From NCBI GenBank assembly GCA_963813075.1, contig CAWEXU010000030.1, positions 64,001 through 128,000 on the forward strand: a stretch of DNA of 64,000 nucleotides. The letters run 5' to 3'. The stretch comes from Methanotrichaceae archaeon (GTDB lineage: Archaea > Halobacteriota > Methanosarcinia > Methanotrichales > Methanotrichaceae). Position 1 is the stretch's first letter, and every line of letters begins with the position of its first letter. The notes beneath the pieces are model-generated. The model was not told the origin of the DNA. It saw only the letters and a program-made list of their open reading frames with translations, and ran no database searches. The position numbers and the translations under genes are program-made. Of this stretch, positions 40,439 through 50,360 are shown one piece after another.

Positions 40439-41326
40439 ATGTCATTGAAGTATGTATTAGCTATCGCTCTATTTGCCCTGATAGGGCTGGGAGCGAGTGC
40501 CGAGCAGCAGCAGAACGAATCAATCAGCAACGAATCAGTCAATGTCAGTGAGCCTGCAACTGAGGAACTGGCAAACAGGCTTCTCCAGGTCGCTTATATG
40601 GGTGGTCCTGAGCTAACCCAGGCCGAGCTTCTGCCCGGAAAGCTGCCCGAACAGATGCCAGTGGATCTTCCCATACCCAACGGCTCCCGAATTGTGGGCA
40701 GCGAGATTCTGGAGGATATAGGAATCACTGTGGTTATGGATGTCGCAATGACTCCTGAGGAGGCTTTGGACTTTTATCGTGATGCTCTGGTCCCCCAGAA
40801 CTGGACAGAGACGGATATAACGGGAATGGAAAGAGGATTTATAGGAGGATCGGGCAGTACTATCTTCTGCAAGGGAGGACGAGATCCCTCAGTGATGGTC
40901 TCGGCCTATCCACTGGAGAATGGAACCGATCTTCGCCTGGACATCAGCACTGACCCCTATTATTCCCCCTGCTCAATGACCGACCAATCCGACTGGATGG
41001 AGCCTATGCCAAAACTGGCTGCTCCCAAGGACGCTGTGATCTCCAATCAGAATTCCATGGGCGGCTGGGGAAATCAGGTGACGGTCTCGGCGGAAATAGA
41101 GACGGAATTAGACAGTTCAGCTCTTGCCATTCACTACGCAGATCAGCTAAAGGCAGCTAACTGGACAGCGGTAAGCTCTGAAGAATGCGGTTCTGCCTCC
41201 TGGAGCACCTGGAGCTTTGAGGACGAGGAAGGCATCTCTTGGGATGGCTTTTTGATCGCGCTGGACTTAGCTGGCAGCGAGGATAAGAGGTTTGTCATGA
41301 TGCAGGCCTCGATGGAAGAGAGCTAG
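40439..41326 (+). CDS. Secreted hypothetical protein
   Basis: Signal peptide; two similar ...FY/HY...L...NW half-domains. Confidence 0.7.
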   Translation: MSLKYVLAIALFALIGLGASAEQQQNESISNESVNVSEPATEELANRLLQVAYMGGPELTQAELLPGKLPEQMPVDLPIPNGSRIVGSEILEDIGITVVMDVAMTPEEALDFYRDALVPQNWTETDITGMERGFIGGSGSTIFCKGGRDPSVMVSAYPLENGTDLRLDISTDPYYSPCSMTDQSDWMEPMPKLAAPKDAVISNQNSMGGWGNQVTVSAEIETELDSSALAIHYADQLKAANWTAVSSEECGSASWSTWSFEDEEGISWDGFLIALDLAGSEDKRFVMMQASMEES

Positions 41327-41464
41327 ACCTGTGGAACGTTCATGATGAGGCAGATGGCCTCATTTTTCTTATGTGAAGAATAAGGCTTTATCTTTGAGCC
41401 ACCAACTGATCAAAGCAAAGGCAAAGACAGCAGCTTTTCGATAGCATTGCAGATGGTGAATGAT

Positions 41465-42429
41465 ATGAATCGGATTAGAGAATTAGTCATCAGTCTCCTT
41501 ATTTATTCTCGTTATATCGTTGGCGGGAAGTGCCTGGGCAGCGGACGGACCGGGGGTAGAGCTGAGGCCGGGAGAAGCAGAAGCTGAGATGCTTTTCAAC
41601 TATGGGATCGGCGAGAAATGGATAGGGGGCGATCCACCATCTAAGGAAGTCGATTCCATATACGCTCAGTATTACTCGGTCTCTCCCAGCCTCCTACGCC
41701 AAAAGGCATATTGAAGCTCCAAAGAAGAGCGACATCCGGGATCGGACCCCGGACTCAGTCTACTTCAGCTACCAGATGAAGTCCATGCCATTTGATCAAT
41801 ATCAGGCTTATGCCACTTACGCTGGCGGCAATTCGCTGTGGATACAGGGCTCCTCCAGCTGGACTCAGTATGCAAAAGCTCCAAAGGGATCTATTCTCTC
41901 TTTGATTGCCATATCTCCCCCCGGCGGACGGGGAGTTCTCTATGAGATAAATCCGGATGGAAAGCTGAATGAGAATTCCTTTTACTTCTATCCGGGATAC
42001 AATCAGATGGACTTTTATGCCGATTCCATCGGCCAGCACATCCTGCTCTATGTAATTGACGGTCTGGTCAGCAATTCGATCGTTATCGATGTTACGGGCT
42101 ACTACCGGCCGCCATATCAGCAGCCTATTGTATCCGCCTTGCCAGGAAATCAGGTTCAGCCTCCAGAGTCGCAACCATCTCCTGTCGATGCTTATGGATT
42201 GATCGTATCCCAGGGGATGCGCGGATATCAGCTGTTCGTTGATGGCACATTCATCGGCATAGAGGGCAGCGGAGGAGACGCACTGGACGGGAGGCTCAGC
42301 TTTGGAGTGGCGGGCAATCGGAATCATGAAATAAGAGTCTACGACGGCCAGTCCAATTACCTGAATACCATCTACTTCCCCCGAGGGGTGCAAAAGAGGA
42401 TCAATGTGGAGCCTGGATTTACGGCCTAA
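41465..42429 (+). CDS. Secreted hypothetical protein; frameshifts at ~41500 and ~41695
   Basis: GGTGA RBS, ATG 41465 and signal peptide. Joins the 41520 and 41776 frames (GGNSLWIQG..SWTQYA, FYADSIGQHILLY). Confidence 0.65.
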
Positions 42430-42496
42430 ATTCAACCATTTTTTATTATTTAGTTTTTAAATTTTTTTACTGGAAAAAGGAGATGAAATTCCATCC

Positions 42497-43204
42497 TCAT
42501 CCCCGCATGAACTTGTCCCAGCCCTGATAGTTCTCCTTGAGGATGGTGCAGATCTTCTCCATCATGTCATATGGTATTCCCACTACAACCTCCTCATCCT
42601 CCAGGCCTGCGTTTCTCACCGATCCGTCGCAGCCCAGTGAGACGTTAACCTCTCCTTTCAGGTAAGGGGAACTGGTGGCATCAACGCAAAAGGACTGAAT
42701 CCCGGCGGTGTTGAAGGTCATCCGGCCCCCTTCCTCGAACATCGCCGCCTGGACGATCCTCCTCGACTGAAGTGGATTTCCCACGAATATAACCACATCC
42801 GGCCTGACCACCATCTTATCCAGGGGGGCCACATAACTGGCCACAGTGCTGCCGGGAAGGATGCGGGGCATATTGGCGGCGATCATGGCGCCAGCGTCCT
42901 TAGTGGAGCACTTGTGCAGTTTGTCAAAGTACAGAGATCCAGTGCGGATGTTCTCCGGACACTCCACCAGGCCCAGGCCGGAGGCGCCACCCTTACACTC
43001 ATGATAGTCGGCATGGGCGAGATAGCTCTTCCCCTCAAGTCTCGCTCCCTGGACCATTGAGCAGTAGCGGAAGGGCCTCTCCACCATATTCAGGTCCTTG
43101 GGGATCTCCTCCTCGCTCTTGAACAGTCTCACGCCCACGATATTATCCCGTATTCCCAGGGAGGACTTCAAAATGTCCGACATCTCTTCAAGATTCATCA
43201 TCAT
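42497..43204 (-). CDS. DUF169 family protein
   Basis: VGV.L, RYCSMV, C.GG...LG, PDVVIFVGNP.Q, QSFC and SLGCDGS motifs. Confidence 0.88.
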   Translation of the reverse strand: MMMNLEEMSDILKSSLGIRDNIVGVRLFKSEEEIPKDLNMVERPFRYCSMVQGARLEGKSYLAHADYHECKGGASGLGLVECPENIRTGSLYFDKLHKCSTKDAGAMIAANMPRILPGSTVASYVAPLDKMVVRPDVVIFVGNPLQSRRIVQAAMFEEGGRMTFNTAGIQSFCVDATSSPYLKGEVNVSLGCDGSVRNAGLEDEEVVVGIPYDMMEKICTILKENYQGWDKFMRG

Positions 43205-43426
43205 ACACCGGAAATTAACTGGTGGGCATGAGATTTGGAGCTTGCGCTCTGGAATGCACCCATCACAGGCTCATCATCCTCAAGAGCATCGATATTGGCC
43301 CAGATCGCATGGATGGCACCTCTGTCATTCCTCAAGCACCCTTTTCGCTCTTAATCTGAATCTATGAAGAAGATCATCAGTCCGAAAGATGTATAAGTAT
43401 AAATATTTTGCAGCAAACATGGCCAC

Positions 43427-43873
43427 ATGAATGAAAAGCTGGACAGCGCCGAAGATCAGGCCGGACCTTGCGGAATTCTATGTGGCTCATGCCCCTTGGG
43501 AAGCGCCAAGATAGCCGAGGCTGCGGGCCGGACCAGACAGAACATCGCAGACTGCGATATTCCAAACTGGGCTCCCTTTGTGCCTGGGGGAAAGGCGATC
43601 GATTGGGCGGCAGTGGATCTGGGCCTGGCCTGGATGGAGGAACATGCCCGCTGCGCAGGATGCGAGAACGGCGGAGGGCCTCCCGACTGCACCATCAGGG
43701 TTTGCGCTCGAGAGAAAGGATACGATCTATGCAGCTCCTGCGAGGAATTGGAGGCCTGCACCAGGTTCGAATGGCTCAGAGATCAAGGCCAGATGATAAA
43801 AGATAGGCTGAATGAGAACCGCGGTCTTTCCAGGGAGGAGTACATCAAAAAGATGACCGCACAGATGCCCTGA
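43427..43873 (+). CDS. DUF3795 Cys-rich protein
   Basis: GPCGILCGSC ... CAGC ... C.IRVCA..KG..LC..C....C motif. Confidence 0.85.
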   Translation: MNEKLDSAEDQAGPCGILCGSCPLGSAKIAEAAGRTRQNIADCDIPNWAPFVPGGKAIDWAAVDLGLAWMEEHARCAGCENGGGPPDCTIRVCAREKGYDLCSSCEELEACTRFEWLRDQGQMIKDRLNENRGLSREEYIKKMTAQMP

Positions 43874-43960
43874 GGGGCTTTGTAGGAGGAACGGGCTGGG
43901 GTAAAGATCCGGAGCTCTCACCATTCCAGGCGCAAACTATATGTATTAATCGTGCCTATG

Positions 43961-44420
43961 AGAACAGGCCGCGTTTTGCGCTGCAAGAAGCAGAGATCCA
44001 GCAATCCGACTGGGCTCTCAGGCCAATAGAGAGATCAAAATACGCATCCTACCGTAGATGCGCCGCTCCCCAAGGCCTGGTGAGGTGCTGTCCCGTAAAC
44101 AGCATCTAAAGCTCATATGGGGCTTAAAAGGGCGAGAGAGATATGCACGCCGTGATGGGCGTAGCAGCATGCCCTCAAGCTGGATTGTAATTCCTGCACC
44201 CAGGACGCGACAGGTGCTGATAAAGAGACGAAGAGCAGACCCAGCATCCTTCGGTGTATTGGGTTCCCGTGAGACGGACGCTGTGTGATAGTCCAGTGCT
44301 GTGTCGCCTCAAAGCAGCATGATGTCGAGATCTTGGGCGAGGTCAGGCCTGCCACCGTGGTGGTTCTGGCTCCTGTGAATAGGACGCTGTGGATCGGCGT
44401 TGACCCGCCCGGGAATCGAT
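43961..44420 (+). ncRNA. Candidate large structured non-coding RNA of unknown family
   Basis: TATA upstream (43938-45), more than ten helices including long-range ones, G-U pairs that favour the + strand, downstream T-tract and no credible ORF. Confidence 0.6.
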
Positions 44421-44590
44421 TGTATTCATTTTTAAAAAAATGCCTCTTGAAACTGTTTACAGATCTAATATAATGGCTCTTTCGGTAACCGGCCTTTCTC
44501 TGACCTCATGAATTAGCATTTCAATTCTATCGCCATCTTGAAAAGAGTTAAATCTATAGCCGCCCTTAATATATTGGTATAGGGAAACAG

Positions 44591-46600
44591 ATGATAGAAC
44601 ATAAATTGCACGATAAGGGCATGGGCCCGCAACCGAGCGAACCTCATAAAACACATCGAGGCAGGCATGAAGGCCATGTAACTGAGGATTTCAAAAGACG
44701 ATTCATAATATGTCTGATTGTTACTATTCCAATCCTCGCCCTCTCAGCATTTATTCAAGATCTGTTTCACTTTAAATTAGAGTTTTCAGGCTCTATTTAT
44801 GCCTTATTCCTTTTATCCACATTTGTTTACTTCTACGGAGGATATCCTTTTCTCAAGGGATTTTTCAATGAAATTAGGGATAAAAACATAGGGATGATGA
44901 CACTGATAGCCACGGCCATCAGTGCAGCTTATTTTTATAGTTCGGCGGTGGCCTTTGGCCTTAAAGGTGAAGTCTTTTTCTGGGAGTTAGCCACACTGAT
45001 CGACATCATGCTTCTCGGTCATTGGATCGAGATGCGATCTGTATTGGGAGCTTCCAGAGCCCTTGAAGAGCTCGTTAGGATCATGCCTTCTGAAGCACAT
45101 TTGATCAAAGATGGCCAGACGATGGACGTCAAAGTCGATACCCTCAAACCTGGAGACCGAGTACTGGTCAAGCCTGGTGAGAAGATACCAGTGGATGGGG
45201 CTGTGATCGACGGGGAGACAAGCGTCAACGAATCGATGCTCACAGGCGAATCCAAGCCCGTTACTAAGAGAGCGCATGATAATGTGATAGGCGGTTCCAT
45301 CAACGGCGAAGGCTCAATCTCCGTAGAAGTTCAGAAAATCGGCTCGGAGACTTATCTCAGTCAGATCATCGAATTGGTCAGGCAGGCCCAGGAGAGCAAA
45401 TCAAAGACTCAGGATCTGGCCGATAATGCCGCTCGCTGGCTCACCATAATATCTCTGAGTGTCGGCGCTATTACTCTTGCCGCCTGGCTCTACTTTGGCA
45501 GGGACTCGGCTTTTGCTGTGGAAAGAGCAGTCACAGTTATGGTTATAGCCTGTCCTCATGCACTTGGTCTGGCGGTCCCTCTTGTGGTTGCAGTCTCGAC
45601 CTCACTCGCGGCAAAATCAGGTCTACTGATCAGAGACAGGTCCGCGTTTGAGAAGGCGAGGGACATTCAGGCGGTGGTCTTCGACAAGACTGGAACTCTG
45701 ACTGAGGGCCAGTCTGGAGTAACTGATGTCGTAGCTCTTGCCGGGCTAAGCCACACCGAGGTCTTAAGAATGATCGCTTCTCTGGAGGCATACTCCGAGC
45801 ATCACATAGCAGCAGGAGTTTTAAGAGCCTCAAAAGAGGAAGGGCTCGATCTTAGTCCTGTTCATGAGTTCAGGGCAATTCCCGGAAAGGGGGTGAGTGG
45901 CCAGGTTGAGGGAAATAGCTGGATGGTGGTGGGCCCGGGCTACCTGAGAGAGAACAATATCGACATAAAGGATGATCAATTGAATAAGCTGGCGGAAGAA
46001 GGAAAGACGGTCGTCTTCTTGCTTAGAGAAAACAGGCCCGTTGGGGCTGTGGCCCTGGCTGATATCGTAAGGAAGGAATCCAGAGAGGCAATTGACAAGC
46101 TTAAGTCGATGAATATCAAATGCATGATGCTAACAGGAGACAATCGTTTTGTGGCCAAGTCGGTGGCGGATGATCTGGGCTTAGACGATTTCTTTGCCGA
46201 AGTGCTTCCTCATGAAAAAGCCCAAACCATAAAAAATGTTCAAAAAGAATATGTTGTGGCTATGGTTGGGGACGGAGTCAATGATGCCCCTGCCCTGGTG
46301 CAGGCAGACGTGGGAATTGCCATAGGAGCTGGCACGGATGTAGCTGTCGAGTCGGCGGACATTGTTCTAGTCAGGAACGATCCAAGGGATGTCGCTGGTA
46401 TCGTTAGTTTATCCAAGAAAACATACGACAAGATGTTCCAGAACCTGTTGTGGGCCACCGGCTACAACGCTTTGGCCATCCCTCTGGCAGCCGGCATCCT
46501 CTATGGCTATGGGATACTCCTAAGCCCTGCCATCGGCGCAATTCTCATGAGCGCCAGCACGGTCATTGTGGCCATTAATGCCAGGCTTCTGAAAATGTAG
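44591..46600 (+). CDS. copB: P1B-3 heavy-metal (copper) translocating P-type ATPase
   Basis: His-rich N-terminus, CPH in the TM region, [19 protein letters not shown] and MSAST motifs. Confidence 0.92.
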   Translation: MIEHKLHDKGMGPQPSEPHKTHRGRHEGHVTEDFKRRFIICLIVTIPILALSAFIQDLFHFKLEFSGSIYALFLLSTFVYFYGGYPFLKGFFNEIRDKNIGMMTLIATAISAAYFYSSAVAFGLKGEVFFWELATLIDIMLLGHWIEMRSVLGASRALEELVRIMPSEAHLIKDGQTMDVKVDTLKPGDRVLVKPGEKIPVDGAVIDGETSVNESMLTGESKPVTKRAHDNVIGGSINGEGSISVEVQKIGSETYLSQIIELVRQAQESKSKTQDLADNAARWLTIISLSVGAITLAAWLYFGRDSAFAVERAVTVMVIACPHALGLAVPLVVAVSTSLAAKSGLLIRDRSAFEKARDIQAVVFDKTGTLTEGQSGVTDVVALAGLSHTEVLRMIASLEAYSEHHIAAGVLRASKEEGLDLSPVHEFRAIPGKGVSGQVEGNSWMVVGPGYLRENNIDIKDDQLNKLAEEGKTVVFLLRENRPVGAVALADIVRKESREAIDKLKSMNIKCMMLTGDNRFVAKSVADDLGLDDFFAEVLPHEKAQTIKNVQKEYVVAMVGDGVNDAPALVQADVGIAIGAGTDVAVESADIVLVRNDPRDVAGIVSLSKKTYDKMFQNLLWATGYNALAIPLAAGILYGYGILLSPAIGAILMSASTVIVAINARLLKM

Positions 46601-46711
46601 CTGCCGATGGTGTTTGTCCTGGCATATTTGAGATACAATAGTATATAGACAAAAATAGGGATCTGAGCGCCAGAAGAATGTGACCACTCCCACCAATAAA
46701 TTGGCAGGCAT

Positions 46712-47812
46712 CTAGGCTTTCGCCACAGACTGTAGCCCCAGTCTGAGAATGTTTATAGCGGCGTTATGGTCCCTATCCAGAGTCAGACCACAGAAAGGAC
46801 AACTATGGACTCTTTCTGATAGATCTTTTTGAACCACTTTACCGCAACCAGAGCATATTTGAGATGTGTTTTTGGGATTCACTAGTTCGACACGTTTACC
46901 GGCCCATTCTGCCTTGTAAGATGTGGTAGTTATTAGTTTGCTCCAAGCAGCATCCGATATATGCTTTGCAAGACAATGATTCTTGACCATGCCCTTGATA
47001 TTCAAGTCTTCGAAGGCTATAAAGTCATAGGATTTAACCAGGGATATGGAGAGCTTTTGAACAAAATCATCCCTCTTGTTGGTAATTCTTTCATGAACCC
47101 TATGAACCACTTTTAAGGCTCTAGCCCTTTCCGGTGTTCCTTTTTCTGCATTTGATAGCTTTCTCTGAGCCTTTGCCAGAGCATTTTCTTCATGAACAAA
47201 AAATCTTGGATTATCTACCTGCTCGCCATTTGATAGGGTGATGAAGTTTTTCAAACCCACATCAACGCCTATTGATAATCCGGTATTCGGAAGAGGTTCA
47301 TCCGGTTCAACTTCAACCAGGAAGGATACAAACCATTTTCCGGTAGGCATTATTCTGATATTAAGCCTCTGGATTTCTCCATCTACAGCTCTATGAAGCT
47401 TGATCTTGATATCTCCGATCTTGGATAACCATAGTTTGCCGGGCTTCAGGGAAAAGCCTGATTGAGTATAGGTGAAGCTATCGTACCTGCCATAGCCCTT
47501 GAACCTGGGATATCCCGGGTTTTCTCCTGCCTCGACTCTTCGGAAGAAGGCTTGATAGGCCAAATCAACTCTTTTGACGACTTCCTGTAGAACCTGAGAA
47601 TGGACTTCTTTCAATTCGAGCTTTTCTTCTTTCCATCCTGGCAAAAGCTTCTTGGTATCGTAATAGGAGAGAGATTTGCCTTCTTGCTCGTAAGCGTTCT
47701 TCCTGATGGCTAGTACTTCGTTATAGGTCCATCTGCAAAGCTCCAAGGTGTCAGCCATCTTGGTTCTCTGAGATTTTGTAGGATAGATCCTATAGCGAAG
47801 CACTTTCAGCAA
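46712..47812 (-). CDS. tnpB: RNA-guided endonuclease TnpB
   Basis: YRIYPT, GYPRFK, RuvC GVDVG / FEDL / DRDHNAAINI and Zn finger CSGC..CPFC. Confidence 0.96.
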   Translation of the reverse strand: MLKVLRYRIYPTKSQRTKMADTLELCRWTYNEVLAIRKNAYEQEGKSLSYYDTKKLLPGWKEEKLELKEVHSQVLQEVVKRVDLAYQAFFRRVEAGENPGYPRFKGYGRYDSFTYTQSGFSLKPGKLWLSKIGDIKIKLHRAVDGEIQRLNIRIMPTGKWFVSFLVEVEPDEPLPNTGLSIGVDVGLKNFITLSNGEQVDNPRFFVHEENALAKAQRKLSNAEKGTPERARALKVVHRVHERITNKRDDFVQKLSISLVKSYDFIAFEDLNIKGMVKNHCLAKHISDAAWSKLITTTSYKAEWAGKRVELVNPKNTSQICSGCGKVVQKDLSERVHSCPFCGLTLDRDHNAAINILRLGLQSVAKA

Positions 47813-47813
47813 A

Positions 47814-48224
47814 TCACTTCACCTTTTGCATCTCTACATATCGTTCTATTACATCCTTGGTAGCATCTCCACAAGTGCCAACATAGTAAGATGGATTCCA
47901 AAGATGGCCATCCCAAAGCTGATCTCTTAGTTCAGGATGCGTTTCAAAGAGCTTCTTTGCCGTAATGCCTTTGAAGATCTTGGCAATGTTAGCAGGAGCA
48001 AATATAGGATGAGCTGTCATGAAGAGGTGAACATGATCCGGCAGGATCTCCTGATTGATCAATGTAATTCCCTTCTGCTTTGCTATCAATTCATGCAACC
48101 AATGAAGGTCTTCGGCGATTGAACCAATAAGAACCTTCCTTCGATACTTTGTTGACCATACGAAGTGATAATACACGTTATAGACGCATCCCCTTGCGTT
48201 TATACAATGCTCTTGCTTAGTCAT
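47814..48224 (-). CDS. tnpA: IS200-type HUH (Y1) transposase
   Basis: YHFVWSTKYRR, PDHVHLF, LWNPSYYVGT and YVEMQ motifs. Confidence 0.96.
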   Translation of the reverse strand: MTKQEHCINARGCVYNVYYHFVWSTKYRRKVLIGSIAEDLHWLHELIAKQKGITLINQEILPDHVHLFMTAHPIFAPANIAKIFKGITAKKLFETHPELRDQLWDGHLWNPSYYVGTCGDATKDVIERYVEMQKVK

Positions 48225-48383
48225 TCTGAATTACACATATGGTTACCATATGTATATATATCTATCGATAGGCACGGGCTGTATCCCGCCTTTGAAAAAG
48301 AGGGGATTAGCCCGGAGTTCGTCCTAAACTGGATGTATATCCAGGGGTTATACCAAAGTAGTGGTCGGGTTTGAAGGGCTTTT

Positions 48384-49712
48384 TCATCCCTCTTTTCTCC
48401 AGATCCTCACAATAGTCGCCATTCCCGCCAGGTTTATGACCAGGATCATGACCACCCCCAGAACCCGCCTCATGGCCGCTGGCATGGCCGTCTTTCCTGC
48501 CAGGTCTAAAGCATCATCTCCATCCACCAACACATCCCAGGACATGTCCCCTGCCTTCAGAGTGTACTCTCCCCACTCAAGCCCCCGGAAGACATACTCA
48601 TCATCTCCAGAGGCGTTGGCCAGCCAGGTCCCTCCCTGCCACAGCTCCAGGCTCGCCGGCGCGCCCCTGACCCGCAAAATGCCCCCCTCCCTGACTGGAA
48701 GGACCACACCCTCTGCGGATTTATCCGAGGATATATTCAGCATTGCCAGCACTGTGGGGGCAATATCCACCTCCGACCACCCTCCTCCCAGGTTCAACTC
48801 CTTTATGCCCGGTCCCTGAAAGAGCAGAGGGACCCGCAATGCCTCCAGCTGGGTGGCATACTTCTCTGCCGAGTGGCCGCCCTTTCCTTCCCTGTCCGGA
48901 AAGACCATGCCGTGGTCGGCGGTGACGACCAGCAGGACATTGTTTTTCTTGCAGGCCGCGGCCAGCTGGCCCAGGGGCCCGTCCAGGGCCTGAACCGTCT
49001 CCAGGTAGCCGCTGACGTTCAGATTATGGCCGGCGCTGTCCACTGCTCCGGCATTGACCAGCATGATGAATGGCTTTCCAATGAGGTGCTCTACTGTATC
49101 CGCCGCCGCATCCAGGGCCCAGGCGTTGTAGCCGGCATAGCCAGCCATGCCCTGGGGGGCAGAGTATTGGGCGAACCGGTCCCGCCACTGCAGAAAGAGG
49201 GTGCGCAGGCCCTCGGGGGCATCGGAGCGAAAACCAGGGATCGGCTCAGCACCATGCAGGGCGTTCTCCTCCAGGTACAGGACCGCATCCATGTCCACCA
49301 GGATCGACATCGAGTCTCCCCGCTCCATAATGGCCAGGCATAAATATCCCTCCTCCCTGGCCGCATCGAAGACAGTGGGTCCGAGCTGCTCCCAATCCGC
49401 CTCCGACCTGCCGGTGACCAGGACCGAATGGCTCTTTGAGGTCTCGGGGACGGGCACCCGCACATCCACTGCCCGCGCCCCGCCGCCGGTGAGGTTGAAG
49501 AGCACTGCTTTTTCCAGAGGCGAGCCGTCCAGGGCATAGGCATTGTGCTCCGGATAGACGTAAGAAGACCCCAGGCCGTCTATGACCAGTATGACCGCAC
49601 CCGCGGGCTGAGCCATGGGCCCCACCTGGACTTCCAGAGCGCTGCCGCCGGGCAGCAGTAGCAGGAGCAAGAGGAGGAGATGGGCTGGGATCATCCCTCC
49701 TGGATTGGTCAT
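48384..49712 (-). CDS. Alkaline-phosphatase superfamily surface protein
   Basis: Signal peptide; LVIDG, D..GH, TADHG and DIAPT motifs; C-terminal TM with basic tail. Confidence 0.82.
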   Translation of the reverse strand: MTNPGGMIPAHLLLLLLLLLPGGSALEVQVGPMAQPAGAVILVIDGLGSSYVYPEHNAYALDGSPLEKAVLFNLTGGGARAVDVRVPVPETSKSHSVLVTGRSEADWEQLGPTVFDAAREEGYLCLAIMERGDSMSILVDMDAVLYLEENALHGAEPIPGFRSDAPEGLRTLFLQWRDRFAQYSAPQGMAGYAGYNAWALDAAADTVEHLIGKPFIMLVNAGAVDSAGHNLNVSGYLETVQALDGPLGQLAAACKKNNVLLVVTADHGMVFPDREGKGGHSAEKYATQLEALRVPLLFQGPGIKELNLGGGWSEVDIAPTVLAMLNISSDKSAEGVVLPVREGGILRVRGAPASLELWQGGTWLANASGDDEYVFRGLEWGEYTLKAGDMSWDVLVDGDDALDLAGKTAMPAAMRRVLGVVMILVINLAGMATIVRIWRKEG

Positions 49713-49787
49713 CTAAATATTAAAATCTTTCATATGTATCGCTTTAATGGAAAACTCTATTTACTTACAATCCTTACAACATTATCC

Positions 49788-49973
49788 ATGCTTGCTACAA
49801 AAAGAATCCCTGTAACTGAAGCGGTATGGATTGAGCTGTCAGAGCTCAAGTCGGCAGGACAGACCTATTCTCAACTCCTGGAAGAGATGATTGAAGAGAG
49901 AAAGAAGGCTCGACTATTCAGAGATATGGAAAAGATTGAGAAAGAAGGTGAGTTTGTGGAGCTTCCGTGGTAG
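49788..49973 (+). CDS. Putative antitoxin (RHH-like)
   Basis: MLATKRIPVTEAVWIELSELK..GQTYSQLLEEMI; overlaps the start of the RelE-like gene. CTTACAA direct repeat upstream. Confidence 0.75.
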   Translation: MLATKRIPVTEAVWIELSELKSAGQTYSQLLEEMIEERKKARLFRDMEKIEKEGEFVELPW

Positions 49974-50257
49974 CCTTTCATATTGTTATCGATAAGGATG
50001 CGTTGGAGTTCATCAACTCGTTGCCCTCTAAGAGCCACCGAATCGTGGTCGAAAAATGCAAAACACTTGCATTCAATCCATTTCCTGGCCAGGGAGACAA
50101 AGAAATTATTCAGCGAAAGGACCATGAAGATATTTATAGGTTGCATATTTCAAGGTCATACACCGCTTTTTACAAAATATATAAAGATGAAAAAATTGTC
50201 AAGATCTTGGACATTATGATTATTGAGCAAGCACACAAAATATATGGTCGAATTTGA
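49967..50257 (+). CDS. RelE/ParE family toxin
   Basis: Pattern A..FI.SLP....I...C..L..NPFP...YRLHI.RSY...Y.I.....VKI. Confidence 0.8.
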   Translation: MVAFHIVIDKDALEFINSLPSKSHRIVVEKCKTLAFNPFPGQGDKEIIQRKDHEDIYRLHISRSYTAFYKIYKDEKIVKILDIMIIEQAHKIYGRI

Positions 50258-50360
50258 TGCGTGGATGCTTGTATTTCGAATTTCTTTGTATTATCCGAGC
50301 TGTGATGCCCTAATCGTGACGACATGCAAAAAAAAATTGGATCCCACCAATGCAGGATCT

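Larger units (their letters stand above)
46680..48330 (-). mobile_element. IS200/IS605 family element (tnpA+tnpB)
   Basis: Right end: GATG, hairpin CCTGCCAA-TTTA-TTGGTGGG, then GTCAC ending at 46680. Left-end imperfect hairpin CGGGCT..ATCCC..GGGAT..AGCCCG at ~48275-48314. The left boundary is approximate. Confidence 0.9.

Noticed and set aside
43201..43335. 44-aa TTG-start ORF overlapping the DUF169 start
   Set aside because: Weak RBS and no recognisable features; insufficient support.
43961..44420. RNase P RNA, SRP RNA, group I/II intron or HEARO identity for the structured element
   Set aside because: No GAGGAAAGUCC or SRP helix-8 motif on either strand, no proper domain V, only a weak GATAGTCC or TGGGCGAGG resemblance, and no host gene or IscB ORF. 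Left unassigned.
44058..44473. ORFs 44058-44288, 44113-44355 and 44285-44473
   Set aside because: No clear RBS, no recognisable motifs and atypical composition. The region is better explained as structured RNA.
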